From positions 60,668,322 to 60,732,321 of the forward strand of contig NC_068989.1 of NCBI RefSeq assembly GCF_001194135.2: 64,000 nt of DNA, given 5' to 3'. The notes under the pieces were generated by a model, which saw only the letters and a list, made by a program, of their open reading frames with translations, searched no databases and was not told the origin of the DNA. Every line of letters starts with the position of its first letter. The stretch's first letter is position 1. This DNA comes from Octopus bimaculoides (lineage: Eukaryota). Below, in pieces: positions 1 to 13,768 of the stretch. The position numbers and the translations under genes are program-made.

Positions 1-1638
1 ATTTTCTTTGTTTGGCTGTTTTTGTAAGTTTTTTCTCCATTCACACCTGAGATAAGTTAATCCAAAAGTTGAACATCCTATAGAAACGCAGCTCCATCAA
101 ATCTCTTTTTCTGGTTCTTTTTAACAAAGCTGAAACTGAACAAGACCGCCATAAGTTTGATCTTTCTGTACGAGTTGGAAAGCTGAACATTTACTACGGA
201 AGCAGAACTGTTATTACAGATTAGAAGCGTTCGAACAAAAATATTTCAGAAATTTTCTACGCGTGTTGTATACACATCAGAAGGCAACGAGCTTTCCAAC
301 TTTGCATAATAGCGTTCCGCCAAATATGCAAGCAGGAAGGAGCCTCTCCTTACTGCAATGGAGTGCCAAAAACCCAATGTATCTATGACACAATGAATTC
401 ACTTATCAAGTCGTTCTGCAAAAGGAATTTGACAGAAAAAAAAAAAGAAACTGATGGAAAAAAAGAACAGTGGCAAACGCTGACAGCCTGAGCATTTAGA
501 ATTCTCCAGTCATGAGAAAATGAAAAAGACAAGGCTGCGTATGTGCACATCTGTAGGGAAAATTAGATGTCCATGTGTATATCTGTCCTTTGTAATCATC
601 GAAATGTTTGCAAACTTTTCCAAATGTGGTGCATGATGTACAATGTTTTTACTACGAATATTTTTAGTAAATGTTTTGTCATGCAGATTGCTTAAAATCT
701 GCGATGAAAGATGCGCTGTGATTCAAAGAATATCAACACGTTGACGGTATTTTCCACCGGGGGTGAATAATAGCAACCATTTTTTAGTAGCCATCAAGCT
801 AGTCAAATGACTTCAAGGAAGAAGAAATTTATACAGTTCTTAAAATATCTTGGTTTGTGATAAGGATGCCTTCTGCATACACGCTACTACATATCACCAG
901 TTTCGAGATAGCCATTCATTTATACAATGTGTCCATTATCACTTGAGCGGTGTTTGTATCTTCGATGCTTAAGACTTCAAGTTTAAAGACCTCAAGTTTT
1001 CTGTGTGGAATCTGAGAGAACCAGTTCTGATTAATCTAACCATCCATCCATCCATTTCTCTATACATGCATAAAACACAAAGTTTGGATTCTGTGAATAA
1101 TTTCAATAAATATCTAAAGAACATAACTGTAAGTAATGTGAATATCCTGCTGTAAGATCGATGTAACTATTGTTACTGGTTTCAACAGGGGTATATTTTA
1201 CATCATCAGAAGAAATTTAGAGCTGAGATAGAAAATACTGATGAGAGATGAACGACTTGTCCGGGACAATAAAAATGTTTCGCTTTTCTTATTCAGATTA
1301 CTTTCAGAACAGAATTGATGTCAAACCTTACCGCCGGTGAACACAGAGTGAATAGGATTAACACATAAACACACACTCACACACACACACGCGCGCGCGC
1401 TTATCCGCACGCAAACACAAGCATCCACCACCACACCGACATCCATTCACCTACCCAAAATCACAAGTACACATTTATATAAACGTTCACCCATTTCTTT
1501 ATATATATTGTGCGTTAATGATTGCGTTCAAACATACATAAATGCATACATATATATCTATCTACTTCTCTCTCTCGTTCAGTGTGTGTGTATATATATG
1601 TATACATATAATATATGCGTATATATTTACATATATAG

Positions 1639-1688
<50 letters not shown>

Positions 1689-2332
1689 AATCTCTGAACG
1701 AGGTATAAACAGTAGCTGCACGACAACCTGAAGTATATTTGCCACTTAAATGCGGCTAACCACTAAGGATGAATGCTATTGTAGCTTGTAGCCCCAGGAG
1801 AACGCCTTCTCCAGCTGGCTATCGACAGCAGCATTTAAGTTATTGTAACATTCAGGATATCTGGAAATGGTCAGTTTTAGTACATACGTCTACGTTCAAT
1901 ATACATACATATCTCCGAATATACAAACACATACACACACGACTGTTCATGATCTAATGAAAGTTGGTGATCCAACATAGGAAAGGTTCAAGGTATGGTG
2001 TTTCAATATAAAATAGCACAAGTGGGATTAAATTTCGCTACAGCTGTTTCAGGCGTATTTCTAATTAATGAAAAATTCAATTACAACGATTAGAACATGA
2101 AAACATAGTTTTCATTAGGTGATGAACAAGATGAAGAACGACCCCGTTATGTTACTCAATAATAGAATATACAGTTTATGTATACATATATACACATCAG
2201 TATATATATTTTATAAATTTTAATAGACAGTATTAACAAACTGACTCAAGAGCTTAGAGTTTCGTCTATGACTCTTACGTAGCAAGTGCAATTGAGACAC
2301 TTAATTTCTGCTGATTGATAATAATATACATG

Positions 2333-2548
2333 TACGAGGGGGTGCAGAACATTTCCTGGCTTTGGATAAAAGGAAATACAGGAGAATCAGTTAATTATGA
2401 TTTTATTCAACATATTCCCCTCAGATTCACATACTTATTGCAGCAGTCCTTCAGTTTTTAAGCCTTGTGAAAGAAGTCGGAAGGTTGAGCCTCCAACTAG
2501 ATCTTTTGTGACATCCTTGAAGCCAGGGATTCTTTAGCATTCCTTGTT
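2333..2548 (-). mobile_element. Mariner/Tc1-derived MITE (non-autonomous, decayed)
   Basis: It starts TA-CGAGGGGGTGCAGAACATTTCCTGGCTTT and ends with the degenerate inverse (AAGCCAGGGATTCTTTAGCATTCCTTGT). The minus strand carries GCTGCAATAAGTATGTGAATCTGAGGGGAATATGTTGAATAA (…CNKYVNLRG-[shift]-YVE*), resembling the mariner transposase C-terminus (…KCVELRGDYVE). Confidence 0.75.
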
Positions 2549-3146
2549 TTGTTAGCGTGTATGACTGTGTGTGTATGTGTGTGTATGCGTGTGTGTGTTT
2601 ATATATACAAAGCACGACTTTCTTTGAATGTTGCTAATCTAGTTACCCAAGTCAAATTCTCAATATTTTGTAAAACGAAATTTTAAAGATATTAATCAGG
2701 ATAAAACAAGTTTATCACAAATAAAATAAGTTAATAATGATGTAAGAATTCAGCAGACTATCTTCATAATAACTTCAAGCCTCAATTTAAACTGTATCAG
2801 CAAAATATGATTGTGGGATGTTCATGTATCAGTGAATGGAAATTGCATACACGTCTCAATCGGGTATTGTTTATCGCTTTTTTTGGTCCATTTATATCTC
2901 GAAATATCATTTTAACAAGATACGCATACTCTATATATTACGAGATTAATCATTAAAAGAAAAAAAAATGACAGTCATTGCTAAAATTATAAAAAGAAAA
3001 ATGCCCAGGAGCTCATATTTCACAAGAACGCTAACTAATCCGAAAGAGACAGCGAAGCTAGATAATCCTACAAATACAATCAAATCCAGCGGGGAATTTT
3101 TCACGTCATCCACCGGTTTTGACATTTACCGTCGTTTTAATAATAA

Positions 3147-3681
<535 letters not shown>

Positions 3682-3691
3682 CCTTTCTACT

Positions 3692-5175
3692 ATGAGTACA
3701 TGTGCAGATCTCTAAATCGTCGAAAATGGGAGCTAGTGCATGCGTGTCAGAAAGCCTGGTCTCATTGACGGCCATCACATCCAAACCTACCAATCTAAGT
3801 TCGTCGAGCAAGAGACTTTGCTTCCAGCACGACTCCAGACCACGTACATTTATACAACGTACTCTAATAATCGCCATATTGGCTGGAAAGAATTGAGAGA
3901 GGGAACTAGATAGCCTGACCACTGAATCTATTTGTAATCCCTCTGGGAATCCCTTTTAAATCTACTGGTAGCATTTACAGATGGTTTCTCACATCGTAGA
4001 GTAAAACCTATCGAATGTTTTTGTATATCGTTAGTGATATGCGCAGTAACATTAACTCTTCTGGCACTTTAAAACTGTTGGTGTCAAAAATTGCACCTCC
4101 TTTATCTATCTCTTTATTTTAAGCTATGAAGGCCATCAATTCTCCTCCTTAAAACGAAATTTGGTGTCTGCGTGGTTGTCAGTTGTTGTGTAAGCTTTCT
4201 TTTCCGGGCGAGGTGGGGTTTTGGTAGTGTCGTTGGTGTTGTTGGCTGTAACAGTGGTTGCGTTGACGGTTGTGGAGTTAGTGAAGTTGTTGTTGACGAT
4301 GTGTCACTCGTATAGTGAAAGCGTTTTCTTTGTTTTCTGATGCCTGAGTTGGTGTGTGCCTGGATATTTCTTCCAGTGTTTTTCTTTTGTTTTTGGTTTT
4401 AGGGTTCTTTCTTATCTTTACTTCAAGATGTGGAGGAACTGGTGTCTGTGGAAACAGTTTCGGTTATGGCTGGAAGTGTGTTTTTGTGAATGTCTATGTT
4501 TGAGAGGACGAGTAAGGGAATTCTGGGTTGAGGGACGCCTTGGGTGGTCTTTTCTCTCGATATTCATGTTGACGTTGGTGACTATGTTGGCGATGGTGCT
4601 GTTGCTGCTGCGTCTGCTGTTTATACTACTGCCGCTTTTGCCAATGCTTCTCCCGATCCTCTCGCTGCAGATGAAGTCACCTTTATAAACGCCGATATCG
4701 GTTTCGTTATATTGCTGTTGTGGATTTTGGTGGCATGATTTCTTCTTTTGTTGCACTAGCAAATGTGGCTGTTACCGCTGTACTTTTCTTATCTTGTTGC
4801 AGATGTTGTTGCTCTTATTTTAGTGGATATAACGAGGACGGTGCGGCCCTCTTTTCTCTACTTTTGATATTGTCGTGTGGGAATAATGCCCGAAGGTGAT
4901 CCAGCGTTCCACAGATACAGCATCACGGTCGTCTGCTCTCCGCACTCACTCATAACTATGTTCAATTCAGCAGGGAGATTATGTCAGGGATCTACTGCAG
5001 GTGGTCGGGCTTTACATGTAGGAGCAATTCCGGTGTTATTCCAGTTCAGTTCTGCATCTTTGTTCTCTTCAAGCCTGGAGGAGTTTCACTTTCCTCCAAT
5101 ACCACACAAGGGAAAACCCACCACGACTCTCGTTCTGGTGGCACACCTTGTATTTTAATTTTCACCGCTCTTTGC
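3692..5175 (-). mobile_element. 5' portion of an L1/Tx1-like LINE: decayed ORF1 (with zinc knuckle) and start of the ORF2 APE endonuclease
   Basis: The minus strand from ATG at 3877 gives MAIIRVRCINVRGL..KQSLLLDELRLVGLDVMAVNETRL (APE motifs NVRGL and ETxL). Upstream on the same strand are IKIQGVPPE (RRM-like), IPDII..VSAESRRP*CCICGTLDHLRALFP (degenerate CX2CX4HX4C knuckle) and a T/S/Q-rich low-complexity linker. There are many stops and frameshifts. Confidence 0.8.
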
Positions 5176-5796
5176 CCAACGAAATCTTCATTGAGTTAGC
5201 AATCCAGCATCGGTGACTGTATATGAGAAGGGCGATGAATATTAAAATACAAAGTGTGCCAACTATCAAGATGAGAGCCAGTGTTGAACTAATCGGCATT
5301 TGAAATCAGAATACGTTTATGAAGAACAAATTTCGCAAGCCGTGTGTATATCAGAAAAGGCCTGTGCTTAATAGGAAAATACAAACGAACTAACAATACC
5401 CACACCATGAACAATACCCTATGATTACGTAAACATAATCTACCACCACTACAATGTATATACGTCTGCAAGTGCATGTGTTTACGACTGTGTGTGGGGC
5501 CGGTGCATGACTGTGTGCATATATATTCAGATATGATATTGATATACGAGTTACCAATAGAGTTATGTGGCTGAAAGGCCTATACTACGAACGATCGTTA
5601 TATGTTGCATGGCAAATAGGCATGTGTTTGTAATTATGAAATGTAATATTGAAATAACAGCGCACCACCATCAACGTCACCATCTGAGCCCACATATACA
5701 TGCCACATTACCACGATACGTGTGGATGGATATATAAACATGTGTGCTTGCATATCAACACACACACACACATACACACACACACACACACGCGTG

Positions 5797-5969
5797 TGTG
5801 TGTTTACGTTCCCATAACATAGCGATTCGGTAAAATAGCCCGATTGCCTACGTAACAAGCTTAGAGATGAAGGAAAAAAGTACTTGGGTCGATTCATTCG
5901 ACTAAAATTCTTCAAGTTGTAGTACCCCAGCATGGCCGCAGACTAATGTTTGAAGCAAATAAAAGAATA
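5797..5969 (+). mobile_element. SINE family A, 3' half
   Basis: Homologous to the 3' half of the full copy at 62521-62967 (GTTTACGTTCCC..TTAGCGATTCGG..GGGTCGATT..CCAGCATGGCCGCAG..AATAAAAGAATA). Confidence 0.8.
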
Positions 5970-6072
5970 TATATGCATGCATACACACGCACGCACACAC
6001 ACACATACATGTATACATACTTAGATATATAGTATAATATATATGAATATAAGAATCTATCTACACACGCAA

Positions 6073-6143
<71 letters not shown>

Positions 6144-7108
6144 GTTCCGTGAAAGTAAGATATAAAAAGCACTACATCCATTGAGAGATAATTATCATAG
6201 TCTAAACGCTGCTTGTAGACACAAAGCGTCTTACAAAATGCTACCTAAACCTGCGTCTCTAGAAAGGAGTGTATATCTTTTGATTCATGTGCGTTAAGTA
6301 CGTCAGAGCATTAAGCTCTTACTTCTGGCTATGTANNNNNNNNNNNNNNNNNNNNNNNNNNNNNNNNNNNNNNNNNNNNNNNNNNNNNNNNNNNNNNNNN
6401 NNNNNNNNNNNNNNNNNNNNNNNNNNNNNNNNNNNNNNNNNNNNNNNNNNNNNNNNNNNNNNNNNNNNNNNNNNNNNNNNNNNNNNNNNNNNNNNNNNNN
6501 NNNNNNNNNNNNNNNNNNNNNNNNNNNNNNNNNNNNNNNNNNNNNNNNNNNNNNNNNNNNNGCGTGTGTTCTTTGTGTGTGTATGTGTGAGTGTGTGTTT
6601 GCGTGTGTGCGTATGCACGTGTGCGTGCGTATGTGTGTCTGACCACGAGTGTATATGTATATAATATGAGAGTCAAAATATATATATGTGAGTGTCCGTG
6701 CGCGCGTATGTGTCGCTGTGTATGAGCAAGTTCATGTTAGCAGATAAATTTATTATCCTCTCGAGAGATTAATGAGGGAAGATAAGAAAAAAAAATGTAG
6801 GACAGCCCTAAAACTGTGAAGTGCTTTGTGTTAAAAAGGCAGACATTAGGCAGATTCCAGGAAACGGGAGCGAACACACGGACATTCGGGCACGAATACA
6901 CGAACAAGAACAGAATGTCCGGTCAGAAAACGTCTAACCATTTATTAAATAAACAATATATGAAACATAAGCGAACACTAATATCGTCCAACATACTTGA
7001 AACTGTACGTGCACAAACGCACGCACGCATACACACTCGCACACATGCATACACACGCACACACACATACACTCACACGCATACACACATGCGTGTGTAT
7101 GTATATTT

Positions 7109-7305
7109 TTTATTTGTTTCACTCATTTAGTCTGCGGCCATGCCGGGACTCCATTTTGAAGAATTAGAGTCGAACGAATCGACCGCTTAGTTTTTTTAAA
7201 GGCTGGTACTTATTCTATCGGTGCCTTTCACGCACACTAAACGACGGAGACCTAAACGCAACAACACCAGTTTATAAGCGGTGGAGCGGAGGAAACAAAG
7301 ACAAA
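7109..7305 (-). mobile_element. SINE family A, 3' half (decayed)
   Basis: TTTGTTTCACTCATTTAGTCTGCGGCCATGC..GTACTTATTCTATCGG aligns by eye to 62534-62680. Confidence 0.75.
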
Positions 7306-7865
7306 AAAATATGTCTTTCTACCTATGTTTGTTCCCAGCATTGGCTTCTATGTACGTATGTATGTATGTATGTATGTATGTATGTATGTATGTATGTATG
7401 TAGCGGGAATATTCAGCAACCAAATCAATATATCGGATGACGTGATTCATTAGAATATTACCCACGTGATCAAAATACTGAGCGGTCAAAACTTCGAATA
7501 GAACTGGCTCTAAGAATGTTTTAATCCTTTGGTGCGCTTTTTTCTGAGCTGAACCGTCTCTATGAATTCGGTGTACCGTAAATAGTTAGAGAGCAATGAA
7601 AGACAGCAGAGATGAGACGGCAGATGGACAGCGAACAGACAGACTGCTGCTGACCCAATCTGACACCATCTAAACCTTGAGGGAACAGCGACAGTAACAG
7701 CAGCAATAGCTAACCACAGTTTGAAAGTTGCTGCAATCTCACCAAAAACAATAATATTCAAACTCTCTCGATATTTTGTCGTTCATTGTATCGATAACAT
7801 TTTTCTTTGTTTACGAAGAGAATCTTTTGTTTATCGAACAGCACAACAGATATCGGTGTTCTCCT

Positions 7866-7866
7866 A

Positions 7867-7928
<62 letters not shown>
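7866..7928. repeat. (TATC)n microsatellite
   Basis: Directly visible. Confidence 0.97.
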
Positions 7929-7929
<1 letters not shown>

Positions 7930-8249
7930 GTATGTATATCTATATATCTATATATATATATNNNNNNNNNNACAGGACATTGCAAACAAAACGTAGACGA
8001 GAAAACACACAAGCCACATAGAGAACATTCTTGTTCATCAACTACCCCCGTTTTAACACCGGCGTTTCGAAGAGCTGGGCAGGACGCATCGTTAATACGG
8101 CTCTTCCCATGGACCGCAAATTAAATTTGTATACACAAATTAAATCTTGCCATGGTGTAAGGGGAAGAGAGAGTGGTAGAGGGAGAAACAAAGGGAGGAA
8201 GTAGAAAAATAGGTGAGCAACGAGAGGAAAAGAGAAAGAGAGGAAGTAT

Positions 8250-8280
<31 letters not shown>

Positions 8281-8521
8281 ACGTAAAGAAATAGGGATCT
8301 TGAAGCTGGACTAGGTATCTTATAAGTAGTTTGATATAATCCAGATCTGGCTAACTACATCATATCGTATTTCAAAGCAATCTCTACTGTTATGAACCCT
8401 AGGGTTTAATGATCTCTCACTTGGAAAACACTTTAAAAAGGACCATAAAACTCTTAAATCCTCACATCGCCTCACCCGCTTGCATGCCTACATTTGATCA
8501 GTGTGCACGTAACTAAATATC

Positions 8522-8705
8522 GCAAATGGTCGGGAGAATATGCTTTGTAATATATGATCAAGCCTATTTAGTTTTGAATTCAAATCCTGCTGAGGTCAGC
8601 TTTACCTCTCATCCTTCTGAAGACGATAAAATATAGCATCAGTCAAAAATTATAGGTGTCAATATAATCGATGAATCCTTTCTCGAAAATTTCTGGCCTT
8701 GTGCC
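8522..8705 (+). mobile_element. SINE family B copy (decayed)
   Basis: GAATTCAAATCCTGCTGAGGTCAGCTTTACCTCTCATCC..GATAAAAT..ATCGA..AAATTTCTGGCCTTGTGCC is the sense orientation of the family at 20328-20547 and 21311-21524. Confidence 0.65.
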
Positions 8706-8739
8706 ATGCTTCTTTTGTGTCGATAAATTTATTGTTACA

Positions 8740-8990
8740 AAAAATATTTTTCAGTGGTATTTTCAGGCTTTATAACTATTGATGCTATCATAACAGGAAT
8801 TATTAATATTATTATTAGCTCTCTGCAGTTTCAAACATTTATAGTTTTCAATTTAGGTTCGGGAACTTTTCGATCTTTGCGTTGCCTTTTCTTCTATCCT
8901 TGGCAGGATACATTAATAGCTTAACAGTTCTAGTGTATTTATCTAGTACTACGATATCCAAACTTGAATTTGGATTTTTTCATCGATAAA
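8740..8990 (-). mobile_element. Highly decayed R4/Dong-like REL-domain fragment
   Basis: Minus-strand frames give LDIVVLDKYTRTVK..DRRK..KIEKF and IIPVMIASIVIKPENTTEKY, resembling PDIVV.DK…VIPVVIGALG…EKY. Degenerate. Confidence 0.4.
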
Positions 8991-9599
8991 GTGACAAACT
9001 TATTTAAATGGAAAATTTATTGTAAATAAATATTTTCTCCACAATATGATATCTCAGCGTAAAATGATTTCGACAGTTATCCTATTATTTGGAGCACATT
9101 CTCAACACTATATTTAATTCAAAATATGTCGTATTTCTACAAAGCTGTCTAATATTAAAAAATATATTTCAATTCACGCTTTGCCGAGCTATAGAGGAGA
9201 GAGAAGCAAAGATTTACATTTGCGAATAACAACAATACGGATGTATTTAATGGCTATAATGACACATGACGCAGTAAGTGATTGCTTAAGGCAAATTTAA
9301 GCGCACCCACAAAGGGAGATGTACAAATGGATTATCTGCAGCCTAAACGTCGAATAATTTTTTAGAAATAGTATAATTTGCCTGATTTTTGACTCTGTAC
9401 GTTGAATTATCATTTTGTAGATGGACTATTTACTAATAACAGTCTATACAATAATGCATCAGATGACATTTTATCATATTTAAATTAAAATTTCAAACTA
9501 CATGGTGCTTCTACATCATTCTGCAGCATTTCGAAAATTACTGTTTTGACAACAACAGATATGTTGTCAAAATCACAAGATAAAATTTCATCATAAGTG

Positions 9600-12500
9600 C
9601 TGAAGTGTCAAATAAAAATAGAAATGAGAACAGCGTGAATGAGACTGGAACACCTTGTGAAGGTCTCTCACCCGGCGGGTGCCTCACGAGTGCCTCACGG
9701 GTGCCTCACGGGTGGGTAGCATGGGCCCAGTCGTCATCAAGCAACTGTTAAAACAAAGTGGACGAAAGAAATGAATGTGGCTGTAATAGAGTGCTAGAGA
9801 AGTACTCGCTAGGAGGTATAGGAAAAGAATGCACAGAGTATGGAGCGACAGACGCCTATTTGAATTAAGTGAACAAAATCTATGTGACCAAGCTAGAGCC
9901 ACAAGAAAGAATGAATGGTTATCTCCAGTTGATCTAGAAAACATTAAGAGATAGTAAGACCAGCGGTGAACGGAAGGATAGGGAAGAGAATGCAGTGAAA
10001 TTATAACAGTGGAGTTAAAGGAAGAAAAAGAGCATGAGGCTAAGATTATCGATCAGGAAAGCGATCAGAGAACCAAGGAATAAATATCCATTTTAAATGA
10101 AATCATTGATATTTGCACCTCTGGTGAACAGAGCTCTAATACGGTGTTTAAAAAAGTAGACAAAAAGAAACCCAATAAATGCGTCAGGAAGATAAATGAT
10201 ATCACTGGTGATATCAGAACTGACAACATCACAGACACCAACAATCTGATGAATGCCATCTGGAAGTTAGGTTTGAATGCCAAAGGTAAATGTCAACATA
10301 ACCATGGTGGAATAGGAGATTAACGCAGTCTATTAATGAAACCAGAAAGCACATTAACATTTTGGAACGGAAAAAGAGAAATGAAGTTCAGCGAGAGAAA
10401 TATTTTGAGCTAGAGAGGAGGTATAGGGTGAAGAGAAAGGGAATCAATGTTGTGATTGATGAATTAAAACAGAGGTTGAAAGCTAAAGCACACAAACTAA
10501 AGAGATATGAACAGAGAATTGAGCAACACAGATTAACAAAGTGAGAAACGAGTCCATCAGAAACAGGATGGGAAAGAAAAAGGTGAATAAGCCGTGCCGA
10601 ATGCTGAAGAAAGTAAAAGATTCTGTTCATACATATGTTCTCAGGAGAAACAACGCGAAACTAAAGCAGAGTGGTTAATGACAATCAAAGAGGAGAGTGG
10701 AGAGTATCAGCAGGAGGAATGGAGAATAACCGAGGAGATGATTCCTAACTGGAAAGCGCTGTTCCAGATGAGGTTCAGGGCTTTTGGCTTAAAAACTTAA
10801 CAGCTCTGTACAGGAGGATTGCGAGACAGCTAGGCGAAATACTGAATAGTGACATTCAAGTACCGGCGTGGATGACAAAAGGAGACGGTACTATGCCAGA
10901 AGGACCCAAGTAAAGGGAATGCGGTTAGAAGTTTCCGACTAATAACTTGTTTGCCACTGATGTGGAATCTGATGATGGACAGCATATCAAACAGCATCTA
11001 TAAGTACCTAGATGAGAACGATCTACTACCTGTGGAACAAAAATGGTGTATACGTAAGAGTAGAGGAACGAAGGATCAATTACTAATCGATAAGACTAAC
11101 CTGACTGATTGCAAGGAGAGAACAAAAATTTGGCGATGGCATTATTGGACTACCGGAAAGCATATGACATGGTCCCACACTCGTTGATTATTGAATGCCT
11201 CAAACTACTTAAGGTCTCACACAATATCCTGAAGCTAATGTAAAAGTCAATGACAACGTGGCGAACTGAACTCACAGCAAGGGCAGATAAGCTGGAAGAG
11301 GTAAATATCAAAAGAGGAATCTTTCAAAGGGACAGTCTGTCGTCTCTTCTATTTGTTGTCTGCATACTGTCACTAACGAGCGTTTTAAGAAAGATACGTG
11401 TGGGGTACATGCTAGGCAGGGTGGAAGTAAACAACCTGTAGTTTATGGATGACCTAAAGCTATTTGCTAAGATTGAGAAAGAAATTGAGAGTTTGACGGC
11501 AACTATGGAGATGATTAGCAAAGATACTGGCATGGAATTTGGGATCGAGAAATGTGGTATAATGATTCTCAAAATGGGGAAAATCAGTAAAAGCCATGGG
11601 ATCAAGCTGAAAAGTGGTGAAACTATAAGGGAAGTTGAAGAAGAAGGATATAATTACCGAGGTATCATTAAAAGAGATAAGATGAATGAGCACAAGATGA
11701 AAGAAATGTACAGGAAAGAGTATTTGAGGAGAACTCGGCTTGTGCTCCAATCGAAGCTAAATGGCTGTTATAAGATTAGAGCAATTAACACGTGGGCTGT
11801 TATTTTGATGAGGTATGGGGCAAGAATAGTATCTTGGAAGAAGCATGAATAACAAGTGATAGAACGGAAAACACGTAAATTAATGACAATGAACAAGGAA
11901 CTACACCCCAAGAGTGATGTGTCAAGATTGTATGTAAATAGGAGGGAGGGCGGAAATAGGTGTGCTGTGAAGGTTGTATACGGGAAGAGGAGAATAGCCT
12001 GGCTTAGTATGTGAAGGAGAGTAAAGAAATGATTGAAGCAGTGAAAATGCAGGGAACCTTAAAAGTGAACAAAGCCGTAGATCCAATACAATTTAAGAAA
12101 GATCAGAGAGAGCAGATGAAGAAAATTTGGCAGAACAAGAAAAGGCACTGTCAGTTCTTGAAGAATAAAGATGAGATTAATTGGAACAGTACCTGTCAAT
12201 GGATGAAGAAAGGAGACTTTAAGGGGTACTCTGAGGCAAGCGCTCAGAACAGACTACTCCAAATATCACGTTGATGAAAGCATTGACTCGCCCCAGTGTA
12301 GGATGTGCTCTGAGAAGGGAGAAAGAATAAGCCATATTGTTAGTGAGTGCTGTAAGATCGCACAACGTGAATGTAAAAAAGAGACACGATAATGTGGCCA
12401 GATATAATCAGTGGCTGTTGTGCAGTAAAGCAAACCTTGAGACAGCCGAACAATGGTATGAACACAAAACAGAGGGAGTAATGAATAATGAATATTACAA

Positions 12501-12995
12501 CATACTCTGGGATTTTAACATGCAGTGCAACCAAGTCATAGAGGTAAGATAACCAGATGTTGTGCTCATCCATAAAGATGAAAAGGAAGTAAAGTTAGTA
12601 GATGTTGCAATACCAGGCTATTCGAGGGCGAAATGTAAGGAAGTATAACAGATGGAGAAATACCAGCCAATGCGGGAGGAAATAGGATAGCTATGGGGTA
12701 TGAGGGAAGTAATTATGTTACCGGTGGTAATTGGAACATTAGGTGCAGTTTCAAAGAACTTTTAAAAGCATATTAAGAATATTGGAGCTGATGTCAGGCT
12801 CGAGGTAATCCAGAAGACAGCATTGTTGAGTACAGCTCGCATTCTAAGGAGAGTATTGTCTCTTTCAATCGCAATAGAAGGCACTACTTGAAATCTTTGG
12901 TGATTTGTTGTTGCCTGCTTTCAAGTAAAGAATAACAAGTAATTAAGAACTATCCGAAAGGCTTTCATAACAACAGCAACAACAACAACAACATT
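9600..12995 (+). mobile_element. Near full-length, inactivated R4/Dong-clade non-LTR retrotransposon (single ORF: N-terminal domain, RT, CCHC, REL endonuclease)
   Basis: N-terminal KWTKEMNVAV…GYRKRMHRVW…EQNLCDQARA. RT motifs FRLITCLPLMW, PVEQKWCIRKSRGTKDQLLID, GIFQRDSLSSLLF, FMDDLKLFA, MEFGIEKC and INTWAV. Zinc finger CRMCSEKGERISHIVSEC..IAQ…RHDNVAR. REL domain WDF…PDVVLIHKDEKEVKLVDVAIP…PVVIGTLG…IQKTALLSTARILRRVL. It ends in a 3' UTR and an (AAC)n/(GAT)n tail, with multiple stops and frameshifts. The 5' boundary is approximate. Confidence 0.93.
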
Positions 12996-12996
12996 A

Positions 12997-13027
<31 letters not shown>

Positions 13028-13127
13028 NNNNNNNNNNNNNNNNNNNNNNNNNNNNNNNNNNNNNNNNNNNNNNNNNNNNNNNNNNNNNNNNNNNNNNNNN
13101 NNNNNNNNNNNNNNNNNNNNNNNNNNN

Positions 13128-13680
13128 GTGACTGAGGGAGAAAATGTGTCGATTGTCTGGGACTTCCCCGTACATAGCGACAAAACTGTAAAAGCTAATA
13201 AACTGGATATTATTATAAAAAGATCAGACAAAGAAGTGTTTATTAATTGACATGAGTATTCCTTGCTATCATAAAATAGCGGCGAAAGAATTTGACAAGA
13301 TCAGTAAATATAAAGACTTGCTAATAGAAATTGAAAAAATTGTGGCATCTCAAGGCGACAACGGTACCAGTGATTGTAGAATCTTTAGGAATGTTAAAAA
13401 GTTATTGAAACCTATTTGAAAATGATACCAGGCCTACCATCCCTACTGGAAGTGCAAAAAATAGTGTTAACTGGAACGACTCATGTACAGAGAAGAACAT
13501 TATCGCTTTGAAAATAACATCCATTCATGAAGTTATTTATTTATACATTTTTTTACATACATATTTTACCTGTGAATTTGCGTGTGTAAACTGAGAATGC
13601 ATACAATGAGCTTCAATGCCTTAGGTGTACGGTAAACACTCGACGAGAAATGCAATAGATTTGAAGAAAGAAGAAAAAAC
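13128..13680 (+). mobile_element. Second R4/Dong/NeSL-like REL-domain 3' fragment (distinct lineage) with 3' UTR
   Basis: VTEGENVSIVWDFPVHSDKTVKANKLDII..KKCLLIDMSIP…KEFDKISKYKDL…WHLKATTVPVIVESLG…EVQKIVLTGTTHVQRRTLSL*, followed by a UTR running into (AAT)n. The 5' side is lost in the gap at 13028-13127. Confidence 0.88.
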
Positions 13681-13701
13681 ATAATAATAATAATAATAAT
13701 G

Positions 13702-13768
<67 letters not shown>
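13680..13768. repeat. (AAT)n microsatellite (tail or target of the LINE fragment)
   Basis: Directly visible. Confidence 0.97.

Noticed and set aside
250-790. Possible piggyBac transposase C-terminal remnant (SRKEPLLTAME…; HICREN*MSMCISVLCNHRNVCK)
   Set aside because: Only a loose cysteine-spacing resemblance across stops and frameshifts, with no TTAA or TIR found. It needs a profile search.
1174-1209. Minus-strand CUGAUGA…GAAAC-CA-GUA hammerhead-like core
   Set aside because: The core words are present, but neither stem I nor stem II can pair in this copy. It is at best a very old relic.
2030-2060. Minus-strand GAAACAGCUGUA (hammerhead 3' half with palindromic stem III)
   Set aside because: No CUGANGA is found upstream at a usable distance.
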